A stretch of 64,000 bases of DNA. Source: Candidatus Nanopelagicales bacterium. GTDB taxonomy: Bacteria; Actinomycetota; Actinomycetes; S36-B12. Below the pieces are notes generated by a model. It was given only the letters and a program-made list of their open reading frames with translations, made no database searches and had not been told where the DNA came from. Both the position numbers and the translations under genes were made by a program. The stretch lies in contig JBILLS010000001.1 in NCBI GenBank assembly GCA_044375955.1, positions 27,339-91,338 of the forward strand, read 5' to 3'. Below are positions 23,236 through 34,183 of this stretch, piece by piece; the first letter of the stretch is position 1; each line of letters starts with the position of its first letter.

Positions 23236-24392
23236 GACCCACCGCCGGACATGGTGAAGAGGTCCTTGCGCGGGTCCTCGGCCGCGGTGGCCTCCGCGAA
23301 CTTCTCGAGGGCCTCCCGTGCATCACTCGACATGTTCTGGGGTACCACCACATGCACGGTGGCCAACACATCACCGTTCTTGCCATCCTTGCCGCGCACG
23401 CCCTTGCCGCGCACGCGGAAGGTGCGGCCGTTGGCCGTTCCTGCCGGAATCCGCACCTTCACGGACTCACCGCGAGGGGTGGGCACGGAAATGTCGGCGC
23501 CGAGCGCAGCCTCCGCGAACGTGACCGGAACGTCGACGGTGATGTTCTCGCCCTTACGGCCGAACACCGGGTGCGGTGTCACCGACACTTTGACGAAGAG
23601 ATCGCCCGCGGGTCCACCCCGCTCCCCTGGCGCGCCCTTGCCCTTGAGCCGGATACGCGATCCGTCTTTCACGCCTGCGGGAATGCGGGCCTGCACGGTG
23701 CGGGTGCTGACACCACGACCCGAACCGCGGCACGTGGTGCACGGATCGTCGACGTAGAGCCCGCGACCCTTGCAGGTGGGGCACGGCTCGGCGAAGGCGA
23801 AACCGCCCGCATTCCGCGCGGTCTGCCCGGAACCGTCGCAGGTGGGGCACATCCGCGGCACGGTGCCCGCTTTCGCGCCGGTTCCGTTGCACGTGGTGCA
23901 CGGTCCCTCGCTGCTCAATCGCAGTGGCACCGTCACCCCGTCGAGGGAATCGTCGAAGGACAGGGTCAGATCGCTCTCGAGATCCTGACCGCGTCGCGGT
24001 TGCCGTGCCCGGCCTCCCCCGCGTCCGCGGTTGAACACGCCGCCGAGGAAGTCACCGAAGCCACCGGAGTCCTGGCCGAACAGGTCCTCGAAGTTGACGT
24101 TGTACTGACCGCCACCGAAACCACCCCCGCCGAAACCGCCGCCACCGAAACCTCCGGATGCGAAGAGGGTGCGAGCTTCGTCGTACTCCTTGCGCTTCTC
24201 CGGATCGGACAGCACGTCGTAGGCCTCGGAGACCTCCTTGAAGCGGGCTTCCGCCTTCGCGTCACCGGGGTTCTTGTCCGGGTGCAACTCACGGGCGAGT
24301 TTCCGGTACTTCTTCTTCATCTCATCCGCGGATGCGTCCTTCGACACACCCAGGACGGCGTAGAAGTCCTTCTCCAACCAGTCCTTGTTCAT
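23232..24392 (-). CDS. dnaJ: Chaperone DnaJ
   Basis: J-domain (HPDKNP), a G/F-rich linker, and four CxxCxGxG zinc motifs. Confidence 0.95.
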   Translation of the reverse strand: MNKDWLEKDFYAVLGVSKDASADEMKKKYRKLARELHPDKNPGDAKAEARFKEVSEAYDVLSDPEKRKEYDEARTLFASGGFGGGGFGGGGFGGGQYNVNFEDLFGQDSGGFGDFLGGVFNRGRGGGRARQPRRGQDLESDLTLSFDDSLDGVTVPLRLSSEGPCTTCNGTGAKAGTVPRMCPTCDGSGQTARNAGGFAFAEPCPTCKGRGLYVDDPCTTCRGSGRGVSTRTVQARIPAGVKDGSRIRLKGKGAPGERGGPAGDLFVKVSVTPHPVFGRKGENITVDVPVTFAEAALGADISVPTPRGESVKVRIPAGTANGRTFRVRGKGVRGKDGKNGDVLATVHVVVPQNMSSDAREALEKFAEATAAEDPRKDLFTMSGGGS

Positions 24393-24407
24393 CTACTCAC
24401 GTTCTCG

Positions 24408-24952
24408 TCAGTCGGTGCCCGCAACGGAGACGCGTGCGGGGCGCAGGACGCGCCCAGCGAACCGGTACCCGGGCTGGAGCACCGTCACCACGGTGGGCTC
24501 GGTGATCTCCGGGTTGGGCTCACTGGTGAGCGCCTCGTACTCGGCCGGGTCGAACGGGTCACCCGAGGTGCCGAATTTCTCGAGACCGATCTTCCCGGTC
24601 ACGGACTCCAGCGACTCACCCACTGCCCGGAAGGCACCTTCGAGTTCACCGTGCTCGCGGGCACGTTCGATGTCATCGAGGATCGGGAGCAGGTCGGAAA
24701 GCACGTTGCCCACCGCCATTTCGCGGATCAGTTCACGATCACGCTCGACGCGCTTGCGATAGTTCGCATATTCGGCGGTGACGCGTTGGAGATCGGCGGT
24801 GAGTTCCGCGACCTTCGCGTCCTCGGCGAGTGCGGGTTCGCCAGCCGGGTTTTCCGGCTGGCGAACCTCACGAACCTCGAACGTGTCCGGATCGATGCGG
24901 CGCTTGTCGCTGATGCGAACGCCCTCCGACTGCTCCTCGTCGGGGTGTTGGT

Positions 24953-24956
<4 letters not shown>
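24408..24956 (-). CDS. grpE: Nucleotide exchange factor GrpE
   Basis: 182 aa with ...[13 protein letters not shown]...; the stop overlaps the dnaK region. Confidence 0.95.
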
Positions 24957-26794
<1,838 letters not shown>

Positions 26795-26880
26795 GTGTCG
26801 TACTCCTTCTATTAACACCGGGGTCCGCCCCCGGAAGTCTGGTCCTCAAGTGTGCCCGATTGTCAGACTAATTGCAAATC

Positions 26881-26914
26881 CAGACTCATATACCTTGAGT
26901 CTGGATGACTCATA
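26881..26914 (-). promoter_or_regulatory. HAIR-type (HspR-associated inverted repeat) operator cluster upstream of dnaK
   Basis: Plus strand reads CAGACTCA-TATACCT-TGAGTCTG, overlapping CTTGAGT-CTGGATG-ACTCATA. That gives three TGAGT/ACTCA half-sites, each 7 nt apart, about 90-120 nt upstream of the dnaK ATG. The consensus as I recall it is CTTGAGT-N7-ACTCAAG. Confidence 0.7.
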
Positions 26915-27028
26915 TCAACTGTGAGGGATCCCCAGCTCGAATCGGACTTTCCGGGCAGGGCGAGAAGAGGCACGGTGTCCTGGCGGGGCCTTCCGGCCCC
27001 TCCCCCACGGGGGCGTTAGCGTCGGACC

Positions 27029-29242
27029 GTGGAACACATGGCGATCCGGGCGACCGTCGGCATCGCCATCACCCTGGTCCTCCTGGCCTTCGCCGCCCGG
27101 CGCGGCTGGTTCCTGTTCTCCCTGGCCCGGTCCGGGCAGCCGGCCGTGGGGCGGACCAACGACGTGCCCAAGCGCGTCGAGGCCGAGGCGACCGAGGTCT
27201 TCGGTCAGAAGAAGCTGCTGAAGTGGACCATCCCGGGTCTGGCGCACTTCCTCGCCTTCTGGGGATTCGTGATCCTCGGCATCACGGTGGTCGAAGCATT
27301 CGGCGAACTCGTCATCGAGTACTTCGCGTTCCCGATCATCGGAAACTGGGCGGTCATCCGATTCATGGAGGACCTCTTCGCGGTGCTGGTGTTCATCGGC
27401 ATCGTGATGTTCGCCATCATCCGGATCGTCAACAATCCCGCGAAGCAGGGGCGCGCATCGCGCTTCTTCGGTTCACACACCACGGGCGCCTGGCTCGTTC
27501 TCATCATGATCTTCCTGGTGGTCTTCACCCTGCTCACCTACCGCGGAGCGAAGGTCAACACCATCGCCGGGAATCCCGATCACGAATGGAAGATGGACGG
27601 CGCGTTCGCCTCACAGTGGTTCGGGGTGGTGCTCGAACCATTCGGCAAGGACGGGAACCTGTGGATCGAGACGGTGTTCATCTGGGCCCACGTCACGGTG
27701 ATCCTCGCGTTTCTCTTGATCGTGCTGCATAGCAAGCACCTGCACATCTTCTCCTCACCGATCAACGTCTTCACCTCGCGTCGCCCGAATGCACTCGGCC
27801 CTCTGCTACCGATCTACTACAAGGGCGAACCGGTGAACTTCGAGGATCCGCCCGAGGATGCGCGCTTCGGGAAGGGGCAGATCCAGGACTTCACCTGGAA
27901 GAACTACCTCGACTTCATGGCGTGCACGGAATGTGGACGCTGCCAGTCCCAGTGCCCGGCATGGAATACCGACAAGCCACTCAGTCCGAAACTGCTGATC
28001 CTCGACCTGCGCGATCAGATGTACGGCACCGCGCCCTATCTGATGAAGACGGCCGGCAACGATCTCCCCCAGGGTGACATCGACGAGAAGGCACTCGAGC
28101 AGACGCCTGCGCAGGTGCAGGAACTCGTGAACACCCCATTCATCGGATCACGCGAGGGGACCGAGCGTGCCGCCGACGACGGTTACACCTTCGACGGTCA
28201 CCGTGCCATGGGTCCGGAGCTCCCGATCATCGCCGACGACGTCCTCTGGTCATGCACGACGTGCGGGGCGTGCGTGAACCAGTGCCCGGTGGATATCGAG
28301 CACATCGACCACATCGTCGACATGCGCAGACACCAGGTGATGGTGGCCACCGAGTTCCCGAGTGAACTCAATGGCCTGTTCAAGAACGTCGAGAGCAAGG
28401 GCAACCCGTGGGGCATGAACGCCTCGGCACGCAACGCCTGGATCGAGGAAGTGGACTTCCCGGTGAGCGTCTTCGGCATGGAAGGGGAGGAGCAGATTCC
28501 CGCCGAAGTCGAGTACCTGTTCTGGGTCGGGTGCGCGGGGGCGCTCGAGGATCGAGCTAAGCGCACCACCAAGGCGGTGGCGGAACTCCTGCATACCGCG
28601 GGGGTGAATTTCATGGTGCTCGGTGAGAACGAGACATGCACCGGTGATCCGGCTCGACGCGCGGGCAACGAGTTCCTCTTCCAGATGCAGGCGATGCAGA
28701 ACGTCGAGATGCTCAATGAGATCAAGGCGACCAAGATCGTCGTCACCTGCCCCCACTGCCTCAACACCCTCGGCCGTGAGTACCCGCAGAACGGCGGCCA
28801 CTACGAAGTGGTCCATCACACCCAGTTGCTCAATGCGCTCGTGAGCGAAGGACGCCTGACTCCGGTCAAGGAGGTGCCCGGTTCGGTCACCTACCACGAT
28901 CCGTGCTACCTCGGTCGCCATAACAACGTCTACGCGCCTCCGCGCGAGCTGATCGACGTCAGCACCACCACGCGCGTCGAGATGCCGCGCCACGGGGAGA
29001 AGTCCTTCTGCTGCGGCGCCGGTGGGGCGCGCATGTGGATGGAGGAGAAGCTCGGCACCAAGGTCAACGTCAACCGCGCAGATGAGGCGATCGCGACGGG
29101 TGCCGAGACGATCGCGGTGGCCTGCCCCTTCTGCTCCGTGATGCTCCACGACGCCGTGACCGCACGCCAGCAGGAGGGCACCGCGCAGGGCGTGCAGGTT
29201 GTCGATGTCGCCAGCCTGTTGCTCGACGCCACCAAACGCTGA
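27029..29242 (+). CDS. Membrane-anchored iron-sulfur-binding reductase (Rv0338c-like: N-terminal polytopic domain, 2x[4Fe-4S] and CCG domains)
   Basis: Contains CTECGRCQSQCP and CTTCGACVNQCP ferredoxin motifs, heterodisulfide-reductase-like CCG motifs (CPHC..., CCGAGG), and about five N-terminal TM helices. Confidence 0.85.
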   Translation: MEHMAIRATVGIAITLVLLAFAARRGWFLFSLARSGQPAVGRTNDVPKRVEAEATEVFGQKKLLKWTIPGLAHFLAFWGFVILGITVVEAFGELVIEYFAFPIIGNWAVIRFMEDLFAVLVFIGIVMFAIIRIVNNPAKQGRASRFFGSHTTGAWLVLIMIFLVVFTLLTYRGAKVNTIAGNPDHEWKMDGAFASQWFGVVLEPFGKDGNLWIETVFIWAHVTVILAFLLIVLHSKHLHIFSSPINVFTSRRPNALGPLLPIYYKGEPVNFEDPPEDARFGKGQIQDFTWKNYLDFMACTECGRCQSQCPAWNTDKPLSPKLLILDLRDQMYGTAPYLMKTAGNDLPQGDIDEKALEQTPAQVQELVNTPFIGSREGTERAADDGYTFDGHRAMGPELPIIADDVLWSCTTCGACVNQCPVDIEHIDHIVDMRRHQVMVATEFPSELNGLFKNVESKGNPWGMNASARNAWIEEVDFPVSVFGMEGEEQIPAEVEYLFWVGCAGALEDRAKRTTKAVAELLHTAGVNFMVLGENETCTGDPARRAGNEFLFQMQAMQNVEMLNEIKATKIVVTCPHCLNTLGREYPQNGGHYEVVHHTQLLNALVSEGRLTPVKEVPGSVTYHDPCYLGRHNNVYAPPRELIDVSTTTRVEMPRHGEKSFCCGAGGARMWMEEKLGTKVNVNRADEAIATGAETIAVACPFCSVMLHDAVTARQQEGTAQGVQVVDVASLLLDATKR

Positions 29243-29310
29243 TCAGCCCGGGGATCGGATCGATTCAGACACCCGCATCGGCAGCGCCGAGGTCCACAGG
29301 ATCCGCAGGA

Positions 29311-29886
29311 CTAGAGCTGCGTGCGATGGAAGTTCGCGAAGGAACGGCTGGGCGTCGGACCACGCTGCCCCTGGTAGCGCGACCCGTACTTCTCCGACCC
29401 GTAGGGATGCTCCGCGGGAGAGGAGAGACGGAATAAGCACAGTTGACCGATCTTCATCCCCGGATAGAGCGTGATCGGAAGCGTCGCGACATTCGACAAC
29501 TCGAGTGTCACGTGTCCGGAGAAACCGGGGTCGATGAAACCGGCGGTCGAGTGGGTGAGGAGCCCGAGGCGTCCGAGGGAGGACTTTCCTTCCAGGCGAC
29601 CGGCAACATCGTCCGGCAGCGTGATCACCTCGTAGGTCGACCCGAGGACGAACTCACCTGGATGCAGGATGAACGGCTCATCGCCCTCGGGTTCGATCAG
29701 GCGCGTGAGGTCGGGCTGCTCGACACTCGGGTCGATGTGCGGATAGCGATGGTTCTCGAATACCCGAAACCACCGGTCCAACCGCACGTCGATGCTCGAG
29801 GGTTGGATCATGCCCTCGTCATAGGGATCAACGGCCACACGGCCGGAGGCGATCTCGGCCTTGATGTCCCGGTCGCTCAGCAGCAC
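29311..29886 (-). CDS. dcd: dCTP deaminase
   Basis: [17 protein letters not shown]...[11 protein letters not shown]..., 191 aa. Confidence 0.93.
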   Translation of the reverse strand: MLLSDRDIKAEIASGRVAVDPYDEGMIQPSSIDVRLDRWFRVFENHRYPHIDPSVEQPDLTRLIEPEGDEPFILHPGEFVLGSTYEVITLPDDVAGRLEGKSSLGRLGLLTHSTAGFIDPGFSGHVTLELSNVATLPITLYPGMKIGQLCLFRLSSPAEHPYGSEKYGSRYQGQRGPTPSRSFANFHRTQL

Positions 29887-29908
29887 GCGGTGAAGGCTAT
29901 CGGGGAGC

Positions 29909-30301
29909 TCAGCTCAGGAGGTCGGAAAGGTCATCCGGGGCGTCGGCTCCGCACTCCTGCAGGGCGTCCATGGGAACGTGGTGCAGTGCGGCCTCATTGG
30001 TGGCCTTCAGGATCACCGGAGCCTTGATTCCCGCCGCGTAGGACTGCATCCACCGCCCTGCGCATACCCCCCAGCGATCCCCCGGGTTCAGGCCGGGGAA
30101 CCCATACTCGGGTCGGGGTGTCGAGAGGTCGTTGCCGATCTCCTTCTGATGCTCGAGGAAATCGGCTGTGACCACCGCGCAGACGGTGTGGGATCCAAGG
30201 TCCTCGGGACCGGTGTTGCAGTACCCGTCGCGATAGAAGCCGGTCAGCGGCTCGATGCTGCAGACCTGGAGCGGCTCACCCAGTACGTTGCGCTGGTCCA
30301 T
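29909..30301 (-). CDS. DUF2237-family protein
   Basis: [38 protein letters not shown]... is the characteristic DUF2237 N-terminus. Confidence 0.7.
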   Translation of the reverse strand: MDQRNVLGEPLQVCSIEPLTGFYRDGYCNTGPEDLGSHTVCAVVTADFLEHQKEIGNDLSTPRPEYGFPGLNPGDRWGVCAGRWMQSYAAGIKAPVILKATNEAALHHVPMDALQECGADAPDDLSDLLS

Positions 30302-30323
30302 TCCCTCACCCTAGGACGAAGCC

Positions 30324-30839
30324 ATGAATCCCGCGCTTGGGAACCCGGTCGGCAAGTCCGGCGTCGAAAGACCCGTGAGCCTGCGCCGCATCCTCGTCAC
30401 AGGGATCCTGTCCGGTGCTCTTCTGATCGGCACCACCGGAGTCGCGGTCGCGTCGACCCTCACCGACGACGCCCGTTCGCTGCGGGACTCCGTGGTGCAG
30501 TTGACCCAGGACTACGAAAGGGACTTCGGAAGTCGCGTCACCCCCGCCGAACGCGACGAACTCGCGTCGATGGGCGCGCAAGCCCGCCGCGAGATGACCA
30601 GGCTCGTGGGAGCGATTCGGACAGCGGAGCGCACCAACCGGACAGCGGACTGGCGCACTGCTCGCGCTGTCCATGAGGCGGCTCTGACCACTGCCGAGGC
30701 GCGCTTCGAACGAGCGGCGGCGATGCTGCAACCCCAACTGACCCTCGGCGAGCAACTCGCGGCCTACTCCGACTACACGCGCACCCTTCGCGAGTTCGAG
30801 CGACTGGGACAGCAGATCCCCACTGGGGCGGGTCGATAG
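30324..30839 (+). CDS. Hypothetical exported/anchored helical protein
   Basis: 171-aa ORF with a hydrophobic N-terminal segment (ILVTGILSGALLIGTTGVAVA) followed by Ala/Arg/Glu-rich helices. No family recognised. Confidence 0.45.
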   Translation: MNPALGNPVGKSGVERPVSLRRILVTGILSGALLIGTTGVAVASTLTDDARSLRDSVVQLTQDYERDFGSRVTPAERDELASMGAQARREMTRLVGAIRTAERTNRTADWRTARAVHEAALTTAEARFERAAAMLQPQLTLGEQLAAYSDYTRTLREFERLGQQIPTGAGR

Positions 30840-30865
30840 ACTCCCGAGCGCAGCAATCACTGCAC

Positions 30866-30936
30866 GCGGGTGTAGTTCAATGGCAGAACATCAGCTTCCC
30901 AAGCTGACAGCGCGGGTTCGATTCCCGTCACCCGCT
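30866..30936 (+). tRNA. tRNA-Gly (anticodon CCC)
   Basis: Hand-folded. Acceptor GCGGGTG/CACCCGC, anticodon arm TCAGC-TTCCCAA-GCTGA (anticodon CCC at 30898-30900), T-arm GCGGG-TTCGATT-CCCGT. CCA is not encoded. Confidence 0.9.
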
Positions 30937-30970
30937 CAGAATGAGCGGTCACCTCGAATCGAGGAAACTG

Positions 30971-31723
30971 TTACTCGGGAACTATCCCCGACATCAATTG
31001 GTCAGAAGAGATCTTCCGCTCGAGGATGCGATGCGCAGTCTCGAGGAGATGGGTTCCTGTTGCACGCGAGAAGTCACGCATCAGCGCATAGGCGGTGTTC
31101 ATGTCCACATGAGCCTGCTCCGCGAGCATGCCCTTCGCCTGTTCGATGGTCAGGCGGGCATTGATCGTCACCTGGATCTGCTCAGCAAGGAATGTTGCTT
31201 CGATGGGCAGCGCACGATTGATCAGCCCGATCGCAGCGAGGTCGGCGAGGGCCCGCGCAGCCTGGTCAGCACTCTCGTCCAGGTTCTGCGGATCGGTCCA
31301 CAGGATGTTGAGCGCACCGAAACACTGATCACGCACACGCAGCGGCGTGGCGAGAGCAGCGAGATACCCGCTCTCCACCGCCCGCGGACTGAAAATCGGC
31401 CAGCGATCGTCAAGCCGGAGATCGTAGGAGATCACCTGCTGACCCGCGACCCAACTGTCCAGGCAGGGGCCCTCGTCGGCTTGGATCTCGAACAACTCCA
31501 GGGTGCGCATGCCTTCATCGGATGCTGCGACGACGTGCAGCACGTGCGCGGCATCACTCACCATCACGCCGGCGGCCGAAGCGTTCAGCACATCGATCGC
31601 GGAGGACACCAGCGATGAGGCGAGATCGACGTAGTCGAACTCCTTGGCCATCGCCTCCATCGCACGGATCAGGGTCGTGGTGAGTTCCGGGTCACTTGCG
31701 CGAGCTACATGATCCTCTGACAT
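30971..31723 (-). CDS. GAF-ANTAR domain RNA-binding regulator (copy 1)
   Basis: The C-terminus ...RLTIEQAKGMLAEQAHVDMNTAYALMRDFSRATGTHLLETAHRIL is an ANTAR signature, and the N-terminal half is GAF-like. ATG 31723 shares its A with the upstream gene's TGA (TGATG). Confidence 0.8.
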   Translation of the reverse strand: MSEDHVARASDPELTTTLIRAMEAMAKEFDYVDLASSLVSSAIDVLNASAAGVMVSDAAHVLHVVAASDEGMRTLELFEIQADEGPCLDSWVAGQQVISYDLRLDDRWPIFSPRAVESGYLAALATPLRVRDQCFGALNILWTDPQNLDESADQAARALADLAAIGLINRALPIEATFLAEQIQVTINARLTIEQAKGMLAEQAHVDMNTAYALMRDFSRATGTHLLETAHRILERKISSDQLMSGIVPE

Positions 31724-32415
31724 CAGCCATCCATCCGAATCTCTCGAGCGATGATTCTTCTCGCCAATTGCTGCACTGTCATGTCTTCGGACAAGGCGAA
31801 TGCCCTCATGCGTGCCAAAGCGTCCGTCGTCGAGAGGTTCTCCTGCTGGGCCACCATGCCCACCGCCTGGTGGACGGGAATCTGGCTTCCGCTCTCGGCG
31901 GAGATCAGATCCATCAGCGCACCGTCCTGCAACCCCGCTTGCGCGAGCAGCAGCGCAGACGTGCACAGATCAGCGATGACTGCAAGGTCCGAGAACTGGG
32001 CTCGCGAGAGGGAGCCCGGTTGCGCGCGACAGACTTCGAGAACACCGATGGAGATGCTGCCGACGTGCAGGGGAAGAGCGAAGAGCGCGCCGATACCCCT
32101 CTCACGTGCATCCAGGGACACGATCGGCCAACTCTCGGACGGGCCGGTGACCAACTGATCCGCGAGGATCGCCCGGTGTTCCCGGAGAGCCTGGTGAGCC
32201 GGCCCCTCCCCCCGCTGCACCTCGAGATCGTGAAGGGCCCGGCCCAGCGGTCCGGCGGCTGCGATGCATCCGCTGATCTGGCTGTCGCTCTGGACCAGGA
32301 TCGCCGCACCGTCCACACCAGCATCCACGGACATCGCGCACAGTCGCTCGGTCATCGAGCCACCGGAGGATCCACCCAGTGCGGCCAGGAACTTGTCACG
32401 CCGAGCACTCGCCAT
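31723..32415 (-). CDS. GAF-ANTAR domain RNA-binding regulator (copy 2)
   Basis: The C-terminus ...VHQAVGMVAQQENLSTTDALARMRAFALSEDMTVQQLARRII is ANTAR, and the N-terminal half is GAF-like (...ALFALPLHVGSISIGVLEV...). Confidence 0.8.
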   Translation of the reverse strand: MASARRDKFLAALGGSSGGSMTERLCAMSVDAGVDGAAILVQSDSQISGCIAAAGPLGRALHDLEVQRGEGPAHQALREHRAILADQLVTGPSESWPIVSLDARERGIGALFALPLHVGSISIGVLEVCRAQPGSLSRAQFSDLAVIADLCTSALLLAQAGLQDGALMDLISAESGSQIPVHQAVGMVAQQENLSTTDALARMRAFALSEDMTVQQLARRIIAREIRMDG

Positions 32416-32542
32416 GGACGCAACCCTTCCCGCGAGCAGAGACTCTTCTCGGCGAGAAGGGGATCTGCGCCGTCACTGTAGTCCCGATTCCGCGATACGC
32501 CATTCGACAGAAGTCCCCAAACCTGACGATTTGCTAACAGAA

Positions 32543-33349
32543 ATGAGTGGTCAGCGCGCCGTGACGGACATTGACCGACGACGTACTTACCCTCAGGACA
32601 GATTCCCAGACATGGTTCGATGTGTCGAGGTCATCGTCGGGAAGGGGTGGGACGTGGACGCCCCCATCGTGCTGCTCATCGAAGCCGCGGGTACCTGGCG
32701 TACGTCGATCGAGACGGACCTTCGTGGCAGCGGCCTCCTCCTCGAGTGCGACGACCTGGTGGCCGCCGAGGTGATCGTCCGACACAAGGCGTCCTACTCC
32801 GCATTCATCGTGGGTCCCTCGCTGTCCACAGCCGACCAGATCCGCATGTGCCGACTGATTCGATCCGTCTCCCAGGCTCCGATCGTGGCCGTCAGCACCA
32901 AGACGGACGATGCCGAGGAACTGCGGATGCTGTCCGCGGGAGCCACCGAATTCTTCACGGTCCCCTTGCGGACCGCGGTGTTCCTCGCCCGACTCACCGG
33001 TCGCACACATGACTTCGAACACTCCCAGGGAACGAACGTGCGCAGCTTCGCGAATGTGGAGGTGGAACTCGACGCACGCGTGGTCAAGGTGGACGGCGAG
33101 ACGATCGCGCTCACCAAGACTGAATTCGACATCCTCTCCTTCATGTCGATCAGCCCGCGCAAAACCTTTTCCCGCCGCGAGTTGGCCGAAGCGGTCTGGC
33201 CGGAGTCGTGGTTCCGCGATGACCATCGCATCGAGGCCCATATGTCCCGTCTCCGCAGGAAGATCAATCAGCATGGAGAAGGGTCTCTGCTGATCGCGAT
33301 CCGGGGTGTCGGATACCGACTCCTCTCCACCCCCCGGTCGAACGTGTGA
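32543..33349 (+). CDS. OmpR/PhoB-family winged-helix regulator with a degenerate (pseudo-)receiver domain
   Basis: The C-terminus LTKTEFDILSFM...HMSRLRRKI...IRGVGYRL matches Trans_reg_C. The receiver-like N-terminus has LLIEAAG, FIVGPS and TVP where DD, D and K are expected. The start is uncertain (ATG 32543 or 32612). Confidence 0.7.
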   Translation: MSGQRAVTDIDRRRTYPQDRFPDMVRCVEVIVGKGWDVDAPIVLLIEAAGTWRTSIETDLRGSGLLLECDDLVAAEVIVRHKASYSAFIVGPSLSTADQIRMCRLIRSVSQAPIVAVSTKTDDAEELRMLSAGATEFFTVPLRTAVFLARLTGRTHDFEHSQGTNVRSFANVEVELDARVVKVDGETIALTKTEFDILSFMSISPRKTFSRRELAEAVWPESWFRDDHRIEAHMSRLRRKINQHGEGSLLIAIRGVGYRLLSTPRSNV

Positions 33350-33377
33350 CGTCGGCGATCGACCGGTGACGTCACCG
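33346..33377. terminator. Possible bidirectional hairpin between the convergent regulator and tauE genes
   Basis: GTGACGTC (33346-53) pairs with GACGTCAC (33368-75). The second arm lies inside a 14-bp perfect palindrome, CGGTGACGTCACCG (33364-77). No U-tract follows, and it overlaps both stop codons. Confidence 0.3.
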
Positions 33378-34163
33378 CGTGCGGCTCCTCCACCGCGGTC
33401 GAGGTAGGTCTGCGCCCTGCCACAGCATGCGTAGTCCGACGACGATAAGCACGGCCGCGAATGCTGCGCGCAGGACCGAGCCGCTCAACCACAGGGCGAG
33501 CGCCGCACCCAGCACTCCACCCGAGATCGCACCCAACCCGTAACGCGAACCCCTGCGCCAGTCCGTGAGTCCCGGTCGAGTGAGCCGCACGGCACCGACC
33601 AGGGCGATGGGTCCCATGACCGCGAGCGAGGTTCCCGCCGCCAACTGCTGCGGATAGCCGAAGAAGGCGACCAGGATGGGGATGAGGATGATTCCGCCCC
33701 CGATACCGAAGAGTGCGGACAGCACTCCCATGGCGAGTCCGCTGAGTGCATAGGCGAGGACCGTCCAATCCACGCTGAACGTTCGCGCTACATCGCCGGA
33801 CGCCTCTACGTGCACCAAGAGGCGGACGGCCGCAGCGATCATGATGACCCCGAAGGCCGCCTGCAGGATTCGGTTGGCGCTGCGGGTCACGACGTAGGAG
33901 CCGATGAGTGACCCTGCAATGCCGCCGATGAGGATCGCGATGGCGGGGATCCACGCGACTTGATCGCCGACCCCGTAGGTGATCGTCGCGGCGACAGCGG
34001 CCATCGCCACCATCACCAGGCTCGTCGCCTGCGCCTTCTTCTGCTCGATGTGGAAACCCAGGACCTGGATGGGGACGAGGAGGATGCCACCCCCGACCCC
34101 GAAGACCCCCGAGAAGGCACCGGTGCCGAACCCGATGCCGAGGTCACGTGGCAGCGGTCGCAC
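33372..34163 (-). CDS. TauE/SafE-family sulfite/anion exporter
   Basis: 263 aa, 7-8 TM segments, with duplicated GxGGG motifs (FGVGGGILLVP, FGIGGGIILIP). Confidence 0.85.
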   Translation of the reverse strand: MRPLPRDLGIGFGTGAFSGVFGVGGGILLVPIQVLGFHIEQKKAQATSLVMVAMAAVAATITYGVGDQVAWIPAIAILIGGIAGSLIGSYVVTRSANRILQAAFGVIMIAAAVRLLVHVEASGDVARTFSVDWTVLAYALSGLAMGVLSALFGIGGGIILIPILVAFFGYPQQLAAGTSLAVMGPIALVGAVRLTRPGLTDWRRGSRYGLGAISGGVLGAALALWLSGSVLRAAFAAVLIVVGLRMLWQGADLPRPRWRSRTR

Positions 34164-34183
34164 GCGCTCAGGCTACGGGTGGA

